From: Geosiphon pyriformis uo1 | Taxonomy: Eukaryota > Fungi > Glomeromycota | DNA: 64,000 nt | Direction of reading: 5' to 3' | Assembly (NCBI GenBank): GCA_016748015.1 | Contig: JAAOMT010000239.1 | Location: forward strand, 282,356 to 346,355 | Part shown: positions 40,180 to 53,136 of the stretch, piece after piece | Position numbering within the stretch: the first letter of the stretch is position 1 | How the letters are laid out: each line of letters opens with the position of its first letter | Program-made: the position numbers and the translations under genes | The notes under the pieces: model-generated | Database searches by the model: none | What the model saw: only the letters and a program-made list of their open reading frames with translations | What the model was told of the DNA's origin: nothing

Positions 40180-40967
40180 AAAGTCTTTAAAAGCTTGACT
40201 AAAGGCTTATGACTCTGTTGAATTCCATCTTCCATTATTGCAACTCTTTCGAACTTTTGGTGAGTGACGACATAAATACTTTATCCGATCTAAATACCGT
40301 CCAGGTAATAATTCCTGAATTTTCTCCCAATCTTCGCCAAACTTTACAAATGCCTCAGCTAATATTTCAATTTCTTTAAGTGTCCAACGGCCAGTTTTAG
40401 TGCCAGGGGCTAAGTAACGATTATAGCGGGCTTGTATATAAAGAGGCCGTCTTTGAAGAATATAACTTAATTTTGTCCATTTTTTACCATATACCTCCAC
40501 CAAATTGCACAGTTTTTTATCTTCTTCTTCTGTCCATGGGCCAAGTTTTAGTCTTGCTAAAACCGGGTTAGCTTTCAAATTATACCATTTTTGCCAGAGG
40601 GCTGATCTTGTTCTTGATGGGAAGTATTTTTGAGAAATTAGCTCCCATTTGGAACCATATTCTTCATGTGCCTTAATTAGGGATTCTATTTCTTTGGGGC
40701 TCCATTTTCGATAAGATTTCAGGGAAGAGCTGTAACAATCACTTGATAAAGCGCTCTTTGAATTTCCCAGTATTCGATTGGTTGATGATAGGCTACCCCG
40801 GGTAAGTGCCAGCTAAATTTAAGTATTGTTCAAATTCATAAGCTTCTCTTTTTGAACCTAGCTGACTAGAAACCTACCTTTTTATTGTCTAATTTGAGTT
40901 TTATTAAACTCCACGATATATAGAGCGTGAAACCTATCGTATTACTATTAGATTGGAATCTAATCAT
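40180..40967 (-). CDS. Multi-repeat (at least 4) Myb protein; in-frame TAA inside repeat 4 and 3' end in a gap (truncated allele or pseudogene)
   Basis: Exon 1 MIRFQSN...DNKK from 40967, GTAGGT..TTTAG intron, then KWSPKEIESLIKAHEEYGSKW, PWTEEEDKKL, RWTLKEIEIL, GRWNSTES*AFSQAFKDF. Confidence 0.75.
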
Positions 40968-41479
40968 ATTTTAATAATATGTATGCCACACGTTTTATCG
41001 AATCCTATTATATACCTTATTGATTACGCAATATGCCGATCATTTTGATCATGGTGGCTCAAACAGAAAATTTTTATTATATTATATCAATCTCTGGTCC
41101 AAAAAATAAATGAATATAATTAATACTTGTTTATTAATTATTTTATTATTATTTTATACATATATTGTATTTTATTAAATAATTATAATATTATATATAT
41201 TTCAGTAGCGCATTTTAGAAAAATATCAAAGAAATTATTATTCAAAATAAAATTTTAGATAAAAAAAATTGTTATTAGCAGTTTAAAAAAAAAATTTTGT
41301 ATTCATAAATGTGAATAAAATAAATTTCAAATGATCAAAATATAAATTCTGCTTAATTTTATTTACTTTCAAAAAATACTTTTGATATTAAATAATTTAT
41401 GTTTTTTATAGTTTTGTTTTTTGTTATTTTTCGCAGTTTAATTTTGAAAAGCTTTTTATAAAGTTTTGTAAATTTATTT

Positions 41480-41523
<44 letters not shown>

Positions 41524-42547
41524 GATGATATTTTAAAATGATTAAAACTATACAAGCGTATTAAAGTGCAAAAAACCATTTTTTAGTCTTAATATATATT
41601 AAATAGTATTTAAATAAAAAATTTATCTTTAATTTAATTAGAATCTATGTTAAAAGTGCTGGGGTTTCTTATAAAGAACCTTTTTTTCTTCATTTATATA
41701 AAATTCAATTTGGAATACTTTGAGAAAATTTCACATTAAAAATTTTAAATAAATTTAATTTCTAAAACAGTGTAATGGTATTTCATAGACTGTAAAAAAT
41801 ATATTCAGATTTTATTGTTTCTTTAATTAATAGGTTTTACATTTTAAAAAAACATTTATATGAATTTTGAAATTTAAATAAAATTATAAACTCTATTAAT
41901 TCAAATCATTTTCAGTCCTTGATTTGTAACACATATATATATATATATAAAACAAATTAACAGAATCATATTTTGAAATTTATTTAATTTATTTTAGTTT
42001 TAAATATTACAATTAATGAAGACAGTTTTGTTTCAAGAAATAAATATTTCAAATATAATTAATTTTATTTTTATAATATTTAAATTAAATCTTGATTGAT
42101 GGTTTTTTTGTGAAACAAAATATTTCAATTATTACATATTCAAATTAATAAATACAGATATAAAACTAATATTTTTGCACAAAATAATCAAAACGTTTAG
42201 ATATAATATGTATATATATATCAAATTAAAAACTCATTAAAAAATTTTTGAAAAAGTGATTCTAAAACTAATTTCAACTTTTTATAATATTTTTTCAATT
42301 TGAAAATCAAAAAAAAGTGTTATACTCTATATAAAAATATTTTTATTTTATTTTAAAAAATTTAATTTAAAATTCTAATCAAATAATCCGAAAAAATCAA
42401 ATATTTTTCAATATTATCATAATTCTTTTTTAAATTTTCATTGCGCTAAATACGAACTTTACATTTTAAATATTATTTTCTAAATCCCTTCTTCAAAAAT
42501 ATTATTTTATTGACATTCTCATAATAAATCATAAATCTCATTCGATT

Positions 42548-42600
42548 ATGAAAAAACTTTGGAAACAAAAGAACTCGCCTGGAAGTTAATGTTTTCCTTA
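42548..42600 (+). pseudogene. 5' stub of a TKL kinase paralog
   Basis: ATGAAAAAACTTTGGAAACAAAAGAACTCGCCTGGAAGTTAATG and its upstream sequence resemble the starts at 36595 and 31304. Confidence 0.45.
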
Positions 42601-43316
42601 GTGTAATTTGTAATTTAATCGGTCGTGGATATGATATTGATGTCAAAAATACATCTGGAGAAAGCGATAATCATAATGGTAGAGAAAAGACACCTAATGT
42701 AAATCTCAACACCAATTCATAAAAAAATTGTTCAAAGAGGATAACAAAAGATGGATGAGTAATGTTTAAGTGAATTCTATAGTTCAAAATGATGTTACCA
42801 AATGTAAATTGGAGAGAGCTGCAAATAATTTGACTTCACAAAAACCCTGTAATTTAGAGAAATGGCTTAATCAAATAAAAAAGAAGGTAAATCTATACAT
42901 TATGTAAGCTTCAAATAACGAAAAACTTGTGATGGGTAATAATATGCTTGAGACGAATAAAATAGCTGGAAACCCTTTTTTTCTCCATTTAAAAGTTTTT
43001 ATTTTTTAACAAAAATATCCATTCTTTAAGATGAAAAGCTCGTGATAATATGTAGTTGAAAATGCAACAAGATCTTTTCTTTCATTATAAATACAAGCAA
43101 AAGTTCGTCAAGAAAAATTTTTATTCAACCACTTTTTCAAACAAACAACCTACTCTAATCATATGTAATATCTTCGAAATTTCATGGTTTACAAACGTAC
43201 CAATGAATCAGCAAGTTTACAAACTTTCCTTTTCAGTGTTGAGAAGATTATCCAAATCACATGTGACTAGCTATCAAGATTACACTATCCTATAATTGGA
43301 ACACTTACATCATACC

Positions 43317-44317
43317 TCACACGAACTGATTCATCACATCTAAATTTATTAATTTACGTCTGCTCCTAAGGCCTGCTGAACAGTCGTGACCAAATGCTTT
43401 GATCTTTGCACTGCTTAGATCCACAAATTCCAAATCCACCCTCTCGATAAATCCCCGTTTATTACACTCGGTCCTCATTTTCACCATCGGTAACCAGACC
43501 ATATCATGATTGTCATTCACTATAAAAGAAACCAATTCCATAATTTTTGACTCCGCCATCTTTAGCATCATTGAAAAGTCCAATCGCTTCCTCAAACCAA
43601 CCCTTCAGGACCATTCTCTTAGCCAACTGTTTGTACGATAATGTCAGAACCGATCTCACTAGTCCAATTTTGAAATTTCTGAGTCTGCATTCCAGCTTTT
43701 GGTCAAAATATTAATCCTAGACTCACGGTCGAAAATGCATTCAAAAACATGATCATAATACCTTATGTCACCACACCTAACGCGACTGATACTTGGATAG
43801 CATTTATAATATTAAAATTAATAATTTTGGATTTCTGTTCAACACGAAGATATTTTTCAACATGTTCAGGAACATATTTGAGAACATCCAAATTCTTCAA
43901 TTCTCGTACTGGTTTTTCCGTGAAATATTTCCCGATAGCCTCCCAGAACAATAAAAAAGAATGATTAGTACTGAACCATGTAGAATTTAAGAATGTAAAA
44001 AAAATTGTTGTAAGCATGAAGCGGAGCACTACCACAATAATATTCGGGTCAAGGATCTTCAATCACGCACACACAAGAGGGATCAGCAAAAACTGATGCA
44101 TTTAGGCATGATTAAAAAGTTTCAGCCAAGCATCAGCTATATAAAATCTCTAAAACTATGGAGATCGTGTTCCTCATAATTCTAAAAGTATAACTAACCT
44201 CCTGTATTAACATTAATTCACATAATAAGGCACGCTTTTAAAAAACTCGAGTAAACATATAACGTCATATAACGTGACCGGATGGTACACTGCTTGATAA
44301 TATGAGATCACTGGCAT
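43317..44317 (-). pseudogene. Probable F-box protein pseudogene
   Basis: Frameshifted F-box-like segment (KLFNH..LNASVFADPSCVC/D*RSLTRILLW) near 44030-44130, followed by coding-like ORF pieces 43763-44062 and 43317-43595. Confidence 0.4.
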
Positions 44318-44779
44318 ATTCCAATATTTTGAATTTCAAAAGTTCCGTGATCTATTTAAATACTTTGCTATTTAACTTTCAAATTATTTTTCCGTGATGA
44401 TCAAATAAGGAAAAAGCTTCGTCAACCATTCATTCAGAATCAATATCACCCGATTTGGTTATTTAAAAAAAAATTATAATTATTTTAATGCAAGATATAT
44501 ATGGTCAAATATGGTAATGAATTAAATTTTATCAAAAAATATGATAGTGCATGTCTTACAAATATTTATTGGCATTTCTATTGAAATTTTTTATTGGCCC
44601 CAATTGTAAATCATTACGATTTCATATTATTATTATTATTATTTAATTTTATGCAAGAGTTTTTATTCTTTTATAATTCACAATTTTTTTTAATAGATTA
44701 ATTGCTTTTCTAAAATAATAAAATAGATTGAAAATTTATTAATTCACTCTAAAAAAATAACTATTATCCAAATTATATT

Positions 44780-45340
44780 TGGTAGGTGAAGTAATCAATA
44801 ATCTAAAATATCCGCCTAAATATAATGACGTATATTATTATTCTTAGATTACATGTGAGTGGTTATAAAAGAATTGCAAAAATGAGGGTTCGGAACTATA
44901 TATAACAGAACATGGATTTATAGATTAACTAATTATAAAAATATATAACATTATATTATTTTAGTTCATAACTTATGATTAATTGTAACCTGATCGCAGG
45001 CAATATACTGCAATTAAATATTAATTATGTCCTTCGATTATGTCAACCTATAAAAAGTGAAACCCTTTCATGATCGTTCACATGACCATTCTCTTGTGAC
45101 GAATATTTTAAATAATAAAAGACTGATATCACTCACCCCTTATTCCACCTTTTATTGGTAAACTAATTTAATGCCAATCCATCCAATCGTCTTACTGTCC
45201 AAAAAGTCTACGAGAGATTTAAGGAATTTCGATTGAATAATCCCTGTTAACGGAGTAAAAATGGTTTTTAAGATCCAGATAACAAGATGAAAGAAGTTGT
45301 GGAACGTGACTCGACAATAAAAACTCAAAAATCAGTAAAA
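44780..45340 (+). pseudogene. TKL kinase relic
   Basis: KPFHDRSHDHSL, ITHPLIPPFI, NPSNRLT remnants (~45060-45200). Confidence 0.7.
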
Positions 45341-45539
45341 TAAAATTTTATTTTGCTTACTGAAGGTAAGGCAAAAAGAATTTAAGGATCTTTTTAGGTT
45401 TAATATGATGATTATAACATCTTTAGAAAGCCACCAAATTTTATTATGTAAGTTCAATAATAATTGATTGATATAATAAAGATTGCTGGATGAATTATTA
45501 ATCCTGAATAATTTATTATATAGTTTCTGACATCTGAAA

Positions 45540-46077
45540 CTTTAAATTATAAAACAAGTTCCATACAACTTTTATTTAACTTATTTTACAGTAAGAAGAT
45601 TCAATGAATTGGAATCCCAACACTTTTCAATTAGTCTAGCATAATAAGAGAAGAGATAATCTTTTTTGTTGTCAATTCCAATGATAAAATCTTAAAACTG
45701 TAAATTTTAACCTTTTTTTTAAAGTTTTTTCCTCTTAAACTTCTGTTAGAATATGTGAAATCATTCTAAATATGTATATTTTTCTTGTTTTCATAAATTT
45801 TTTAGTATCTCAATTATTGAAGAGAAAGATTCTGAATCTCGATTATTAATCAAAATAACTCTTTAAATCAAAAGTGAAAGAATGATAATTAATTAATTAA
45901 TTTCGTCATTAATATATTTATCCTTATCTGTAATTTAAATTGTAACCATCAACTAATTTATTTCCGCTTATAAACTTTTTCAAAACAAAGGAATTTACAT
46001 GCTCTCTTGTTAAAAAGAAAAATTGTTACAATCATGAGGTTTTAAACAAGTTTTTTTTTAATTTTAAGGTTTTTCAT
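45540..46077 (-). pseudogene. TKL kinase relic
   Basis: MKTLK start with the same 5' leader as the paralogs; ARLIEKCWDSNSLNLLT remnant (~45590-45640). Confidence 0.6.
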
Positions 46078-48448
46078 GGTTTGTGTGTATAAAGAATAAA
46101 AGATAAAATGTGAAAAAGTGTTATGAAAATTTTTGATAAAAGTAAATTTTCAATATCTCTCTCTTCAGAACTTTGAACTTAAAATAAAATAAAATAAAAT
46201 AAAAAAATTCCTTTTTTTAAAAAAACCTTTGATCTGTACTAACAGTAAAGGTAATACAATCATTTGACTTTCGAAATTAGATTAATTAATAGTGTGATGT
46301 ATGCACTAAAAATGAATGCAACAATAGTTAATTTATACATTCTATGAGAAACTTCATTCAAGATCCTCCGTTCGGAAACTATCACCCAAACCTTTCAACT
46401 TAAAATGGAGTTTGTTTTTAAACTTTATTTGAAAAATCTTTGCTAAAAAAAGAGTTATTCAAAAACGCCCATAGAACAAACTAGAATTACGACATCAGAT
46501 AATTATGGCAAGATGAGATGGTTAAAAACAGGTTCCAAAATTTTATTTCCTTTTTCTATAAGAGAAGCTTTTGTAGAAACCAAATAATTATCCCTACTTG
46601 AACTGCTAAATACTAGCTTCATAATAAATAATGAAATCCAAAAAAAACTCTAAAAAGACACAAAGGTTTAAAGTGAGAAATACAAAAAAGTCTTTAATAT
46701 CTAAAGCCTTAATTGTCGCTAGATACAATATTTTTCTAATTTTTCACAAGCAAATGCAAAAATCTTTGATGTATACTGTTGATAATACGGCATTTCTCGG
46801 CCGGCTTGGATCAAATCAAACTCCGTTTCCTAAAAATTAGTATTTTTGGTTTGGGTAATATATTATAGTTCAAAATAACATTTTATATGGTCTTTTTTTT
46901 GTACATTCAAAATTCTTTACTGGATAAAAATTTTTAAATTGAAAAATATAATTTTAGGCTGAACATTCTATAAGCTAAAAAATTAATTTTTAACTTGAGA
47001 GTGAATATAATTTAAATTTAATGATTGAAATTGTTTTTATTTTCCTGAATTTAGTAAATCTTTTCATAAGCTATAAAAATTTTCAAGATATTATAACATA
47101 ATAAGGAAAATTTCTTTATAATAAAAGTATTTATAGACATTCTTAAGAAAATAAATATAATTATTTTATTTTAAATATTCAAAAAATAATACAAAATATA
47201 AATTAATTTCATTCTTTAAAATGAAAATAGGAATTTAAACAATTAATCTTAACATTATATATATAAAATTCTAAAAATCTGTCTATATTTAACTTTAATT
47301 ATTTTAATTTTAAATATTAATATTCTTAAATCATTGCAAATATATTTAAAAATTTTTTGAAATAAATGATTTAATAAAAATATTTATTGAGACTTATATA
47401 ATATATATTTATATATATATCCAATTTTGAAACCAATAGGGTTTTTTTATTTTTAATATTATTATTTATGTTTTAATAAATAATAATAATAATAATAATA
47501 ATAAAATTTAAAATAAATTATTAAAAAAATTTGGTGATATTTAATATGTTATAATTGTTTAAATTTTAATAACTTTAAAAATTAAAAATAATTGATTATA
47601 AATTAGATTTTCATATATCTTATTAACTTACTAATTTTTTTTTGAAAATAATTATTATATCTTAAAAAATTTTTTATTAAAAAAAATATGTATAAAAGTT
47701 ATTATAATATTATATAAAAAATTAAAAAATTTATTGATTAATTTTTATCAAGTAATCGAAATATTTTAATTTTAATAAAAAATTATATTTTAAAAATTTT
47801 TTAAGTTTTTTGTACATAATACAAATATATTTAATTTTTTATTTACATATAATTTACAATACATAAAATAAAAAAATGAAATTAATAATTAAGTTAAAAA
47901 GTTTAATACTTTTATTAACATATTATTTTTGTATTTTTAAAAAACCTAACAGTAAAATTCTTATTGCATAAAAAACACATGCAAAAAATTTTATTTTATT
48001 ACTATTTATAAATAAAAAATTATTAAAATAAAAGTTGTTTTTTAATAAAATATATTTTTTCATTATTTTAAAACATAATAAAAAAATTAATCTAAAATTA
48101 TATAATAGATTTTTTTTATATTAAAAGACAAAAAATAATTTTAAATAAAATAATTTTGTAATAAGAATAAAATAAGCTTTAATAAATTTTACATGATATT
48201 TTTTAAAAAACACATGTTTAAAAATCAGTTAAATACTTAAAAAAAATTAATAATTTTAATAATATAGTAATTTAAGACTTATTTACCAAAAAATATTGCC
48301 AAATTAAAATAAAAATTAAAAATTTATTTAATCAAAACATAATATTATTTTATTTAAAGTTTCTAAATAATTATATTTTAATTAAGTTATTTAAATATTA
48401 ATTAGTTATTAAAAATAATAATAACTTTTATTTTTTAATATGTATAAT

Positions 48449-48710
48449 TTTTTTTAATTTAACGAGTGAGGCACACTCGGGCCAATCAAGGCAACACTAC
48501 ACGTCTATATTAACAGAAACCATATCACCTATACCCGAAAAAAAAGAGCACAACCTACGCGTACCAAAGCTAACACCAAATGCCTCAGCAATCCCAAGCA
48601 ATTTAACGACGCCAGAAAGCATAGATGGAAGACCACCGACGAGTGGGAGCACTGAATTATCCCGCGGAACCAAACCACCCTTCTCTATGATTGCTCGGAT
48701 CAGCCAAAAC
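48449..48710 (-). mobile_element. 5'-truncated LINE 3' end with A-rich tail
   Basis: Encodes EKGGLVPRDNSVLPLVGGLPSMLSGVVKLLGIAEAFGVSFGTRRLCSFFSGIGDMVSVNIDV*, homologous to the end of ORF 56686-57000; ends CTCACTCGTTAAA plus A-run. Confidence 0.85.
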
Positions 48711-48942
48711 TCGTATAATTTTATTACTATCTATAACAGTATAAAATTATTTTGTAAATATTTAAAGAAGTTTATTTAAAATTAAGTGTTTAAAAAAAAT
48801 AGTTTCTTAAAAATTATTAAAAACAAAACAAAATTTTTAATTAATTATAACTGGTATAACAAATGTTTTAATTTATGTATTTTATTTACTGCAGCTTTAA
48901 ACTAAGTTAACAGCAATAGATTCAAATTAGATATGTATTTTT

Positions 48943-50250
48943 TATTCTCCGCACTTTTACTCCTAATGACATCAGATACATAAATTCAGCAACTCAGTAG
49001 AATCTACCTTGGAAGTGTTTGAGAACGTTAACATTTAGAGTCGAATGTTTGGAAGGGTTGGTTTAGAGTTGCGTGTTTGAGAGGGTTCGGGAGAATCACT
49101 CGTGGGTTTTTACTAGGAAAGAAAATTTATATAATGAATATTTGCGTCATCATTGTTAAGAAACAAAGCAACATTTTCAGTTAGTTATAACTGGCGCCAC
49201 GAATGCGCTTTGAATCCTGTATCCTATTCACTGCGGCTCTGGACTCTAAGTCAACAGCAACGGATGAAGAACGTTCACAATCTGTGGGGACGGCTTACGA
49301 GGCACGTTCACAAATTGAGGGCACGATGCACTTTCTATTCTCCGCACTTTTACTCCTAATGACATCAGATACATAAATTCAGCAACTCAGTAGAATCTAC
49401 CTTGGAAGTGTTTGAGAACGTTAACATTTGGAGTCGAGTGTTTGGAAGGGTTGATTTAGAGTTGCGTGTTTGAGAGGGTTCGGGAGAATCGCTCGTGGGT
49501 TTTTACTAGGAAAGAAAATTTATATAATGAATATTTGCGTCATCATTGTTAAGAAACAAAGCAACATTTTCAGTTAGTTATAACTGGCGCCACGAATGCG
49601 CTTTGAATCCTGTATCCTATTCACTACGGCTCTGGACTCTAAGTCAACAGCAACGGATGAAGAACGTTCACAATCTGTGGGGACGGCTTACGAGGCACGT
49701 TCACAAATTGAGGGCACGATGCACTTTCTATTCTCCGCACTTTTACTCCTAATGACATCAGATACATAAATTCAGCAACTCAGTAGAATCTACCTTGTAA
49801 GTGTTTGAGAACGTTAACATTTGGAGTCGAGTGTTTGGAAGGGTTGGTTTAGAGTTGCGTGTTTGAGAGGGTTCGGGAGAATCGCTCGTGGGTTTTTACT
49901 AGGAAAGAAAATTTATATAATGAATATTTGCGTCATCATTGTTAAGAAACAAAGCAACATTTTCAGTTAGTTATAACTGGCGCCACGAATGCGCTTTGAA
50001 TCCTGTATCCTATTCACTACGGCTCTGGACTCTAAGTCAACAGCAACGGATGAAGAACGTTCACAATCTGTGGGGACGGCTTACGAGGCACGTTCACAAA
50101 TTGAGGGCACGATGCACTTTCTATTCTCCGCACTTTTACTCCTAATGACATCAGATACATAAATTCAGCAACTCAGTAGAATCTACCTTGGAAGTGTTTG
50201 AGAACGTTAACATTTGGAGTCGAGTGTTTGGAAGGGTTGGTTTAGAGTTA
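48943..50250. repeat. 393-bp tandem array, ~3.3 near-identical units, preceded by an eroded partial unit (~48750-48942)
   Basis: The same 68-aa ORF recurs at 49153, 49546 and 49939 (period 393); only a few substitutions between units. Confidence 0.97.
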
Positions 50251-50365
50251 CGTGTTTGGGAAGGTTGGTTTGTGAGGGTTCGTTTGGAGTTGCGTGTTTG
50301 GGAGGGTTGGTTCTTGGGTTTTTAGAGTAGTGTTTGGGAGGGTTAGAGTTGAGTGTTTGGGAGCG
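50215..50365. repeat. G/T-rich minisatellite (GTGTTTGGGAGGGTT core)
   Basis: About 5 imperfect copies, continuing the sub-repeat found inside the 393-bp unit. Confidence 0.8.
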
Positions 50366-50444
50366 TATGGTGAATTTTTTTTTTTTGAAGCCTGTTTATA
50401 TATTAAATTTGTCAGTGTAATTGATAACCCCATGAATTTTTAAA

Positions 50445-50665
50445 AACAGATCGTCATCAGAAGATTCCCCTTGCCTGAGAAAAATATCTGTGGGAGTTGG
50501 ATCGGCTTCCGGAATGCCTATTGGACGTTAGCTGATGAAATCGCGCTGTGTTACTACATGGTTCTCTGAGATGGCGTGGGTGTTCCCGTCTCTCTCAATA
50601 GTAGTGTAGTCTTGATCGGCTAGGGTACTTGGTCACGGATAACTATTTGTAAATAAAATAAAATT
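50445..50665 (+). mobile_element. Short 3' end of a related LINE family
   Basis: TAGTGTAGTCTTGATCGGC..TGGTCAC matches the 3' UTR motif of the other LINE ends and is followed by an A-rich tail. Confidence 0.5.
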
Positions 50666-51693
50666 AATGGGAGAAACGACAGCCTTATCTGGTGAAATTT
50701 AATCTCCGAAACACATGTCTATCAATTAACCGAGTAAATATGTTCTTATCCAGAAATCAATAATATATAAAATAACAAATACAAATCAATATTCTATAAT
50801 TAGCATAAAATTTGAAACAAAAGTCAATTGTTTTTTTAGAGACGAAAATTAATATGATTCTAAGATTCAACTATTTTTGTACATGAATTTTGTAATATTT
50901 ATTTAGAACAAAGATTAAAAAAAAAATTGTATTTTAATTTTTAATTATGATTTAAATATTATTAAAATTACATATAAATCAACATTATATATATATTAAA
51001 ACAATTAATTAAATAGCTTTTAAGATTTGAATTATATAATTTCATTTTATTAAAAGCCATATTTAATATGAAAAAAATTTGAATAAATTAATAAATATAT
51101 ATTAATATTAAATTTATGTTCATAATTTAATTGTGTTTTAAAAAAAAAGATTTTAAAAGCTTTTTATTAATATATTATAAATAATTAGTTAGATACAATT
51201 ATTTACTATTCACATTTAATATATAATATTTATATTATATAAAAAATAGTTAATAGTTAGATTATATTTTAAACAAAGAAAAAAAATTTTTTTATTTTTT
51301 ATTTTTTTATTTTTTTATTATATTTATGAGTATAGTTTTTTTGGTAAAAATTAATAAATTTAAGTAATATATATAATAATAATAATAATTTATTATATTT
51401 TAATTAATTAAAAAATTTTAAAATAAAAAAATTATATTAAAATTTAAAATTTCAAGTAAAATTTATTATATAATTACTCAAAATGATTTGGAAAATTAAC
51501 AATTTGTATTAAATAACAGAAATAAATACAATTTTTTTTTTAATTTTGAATAATAATATATATTTAAAAATAATTTTTAGTTAAAAAAAAAATACACATT
51601 TTTTTAATATTAAAAATCTTGAAACTAATGATTTAATTAATCTTTAATATTAAAATACTTTGAAAACTTATTTGTTAACTATTACTTACAAGA

Positions 51694-52640
51694 TTATTTC
51701 TCATAAGAGTGACACCGGTTGGACCACATTAAGCCAAACCATAACATCAGATCTTGGAGATACCAACTACGTGTTAAAATGACTAAAACGATTGTAATTG
51801 CAGGCATAATGATAAATCGGCATAAAATAATAAAAGAGATAGCTGGTAACATTTTTTGATTATTGGCAGAAGAAAGATTCTTCACCTGAACACTGAGACA
51901 TAAAAGTGTTACTGGAATTGTGATTTCTCCAATCTACTCTATCGCGTGTGTGATTGATGGGTATAATGGTGCTGATGTTCCAAAGAATATTTTTTTGAGA
52001 GGGGGTATTATAGCAACAAATATTGCTAATATAGTAGTATAAAGTGGTGGATTTCATAAAATCTCGAATCTTATTAATGACACATATGCTTATTGAGAAC
52101 CCAGAGCTGGTGATCCTTGATCTGGTGGTTGTGTTGTAACTACAAACAAACAAATAAACAAACAAACAAGCATGATGCAAAAACTTTTGAAATGTCTTAT
52201 AATTTATATACTTGGTAATGCATACAAATAATAGATTCAGAAAAGCATATGAAATTCCACGAGTAGCTGTTTTCACCGGCGTATCTATTAGATGTGGAAA
52301 GTCCCAGAAATTTCTCTTCTAAAACACCAAGTATTCCACCGATTAAATTAAATAGAATAAAAAAAGCTGGAAGGGGCTATAGATGAATTATAGCTTCAAG
52401 ATTAATGAATATGGCTACTTATCCAAATAATAAACATGGCAGTAAGAAATGGATTGTCAATTTAGATAAACCCTATAAAAAATATTGTTAAAATGTTTTT
52501 TATGAAAAGCAAAAGTCTTTTAATATTGATAATTAATTTAATTTTTTAAATAAATTACCTGTTCTACAGTGGGTATTAAAATTCCAACTCTTGCGCCAAA
52601 ATAACCGACTAAACATACAAGCACTACAACCGAACTTGAC
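51694..52640 (-). pseudogene. Auxin efflux carrier / PILS-like (Mem_trans) transporter pseudogene
   Basis: VLVCLVGYFGARVGIL, intron, LSKLTIHFLLPCLLF, RGISYAFL, IILCRFIIMPAITIVLV; stops and frameshifts. Confidence 0.7.
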
Positions 52641-53087
52641 TAAAAAATTATAAAGTCATTTATTATAGAATTGTAAAAATAAAAAAAATAAACTTTTCAA
52701 TATATTTTCTTTGAATTTTCACGTTTCAAACCTCAGTTGAAAAAATCATCAATCTCGAAAAATTTATGATTTACTATAAAGATAGGAAACTTGAATAAAA
52801 GCCTTTTATACAAATATTTCTATTAGTATCTTTTTCATGATATTTTCCGACAAGATTTTTTAATATCTCATCTATTAATTTGAGAATGATATAAATTTTT
52901 TCTGATATAATTTTAAAATATTAACTGATTTAACTTTGATTGAAATTATCCTATCCTATCCTATCTCATATTAAAAATTGGTTTTGTATTTTACCAAAAA
53001 AATAATAATTAGTTTTTCATAATTTACAAAATAACAAAAATTTTAACTAAATTTACCTATTTACATATTGAAAATACATAATACATG

Positions 53088-53136
<49 letters not shown>

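Noticed and set aside
38820-40235. Long ORFs made of X
   Set aside because: Artefacts of N gaps
42620-42980. Possible membrane-protein relic on the minus strand
   Set aside because: Short, many stops, no recognisable motif
48943-50250. 393-bp array as a CRISPR array or hammerhead retrozyme
   Set aside because: Units are identical throughout with no unique spacers, and I found no canonical CUGANGA..GAAA core on either strand
48460-50645. Inverted similarity at both ends read as TIRs of one element
   Set aside because: The left end encodes a LINE ORF2 C-terminus with an A-tail; better explained as two independent LINE 3' ends in opposite orientation
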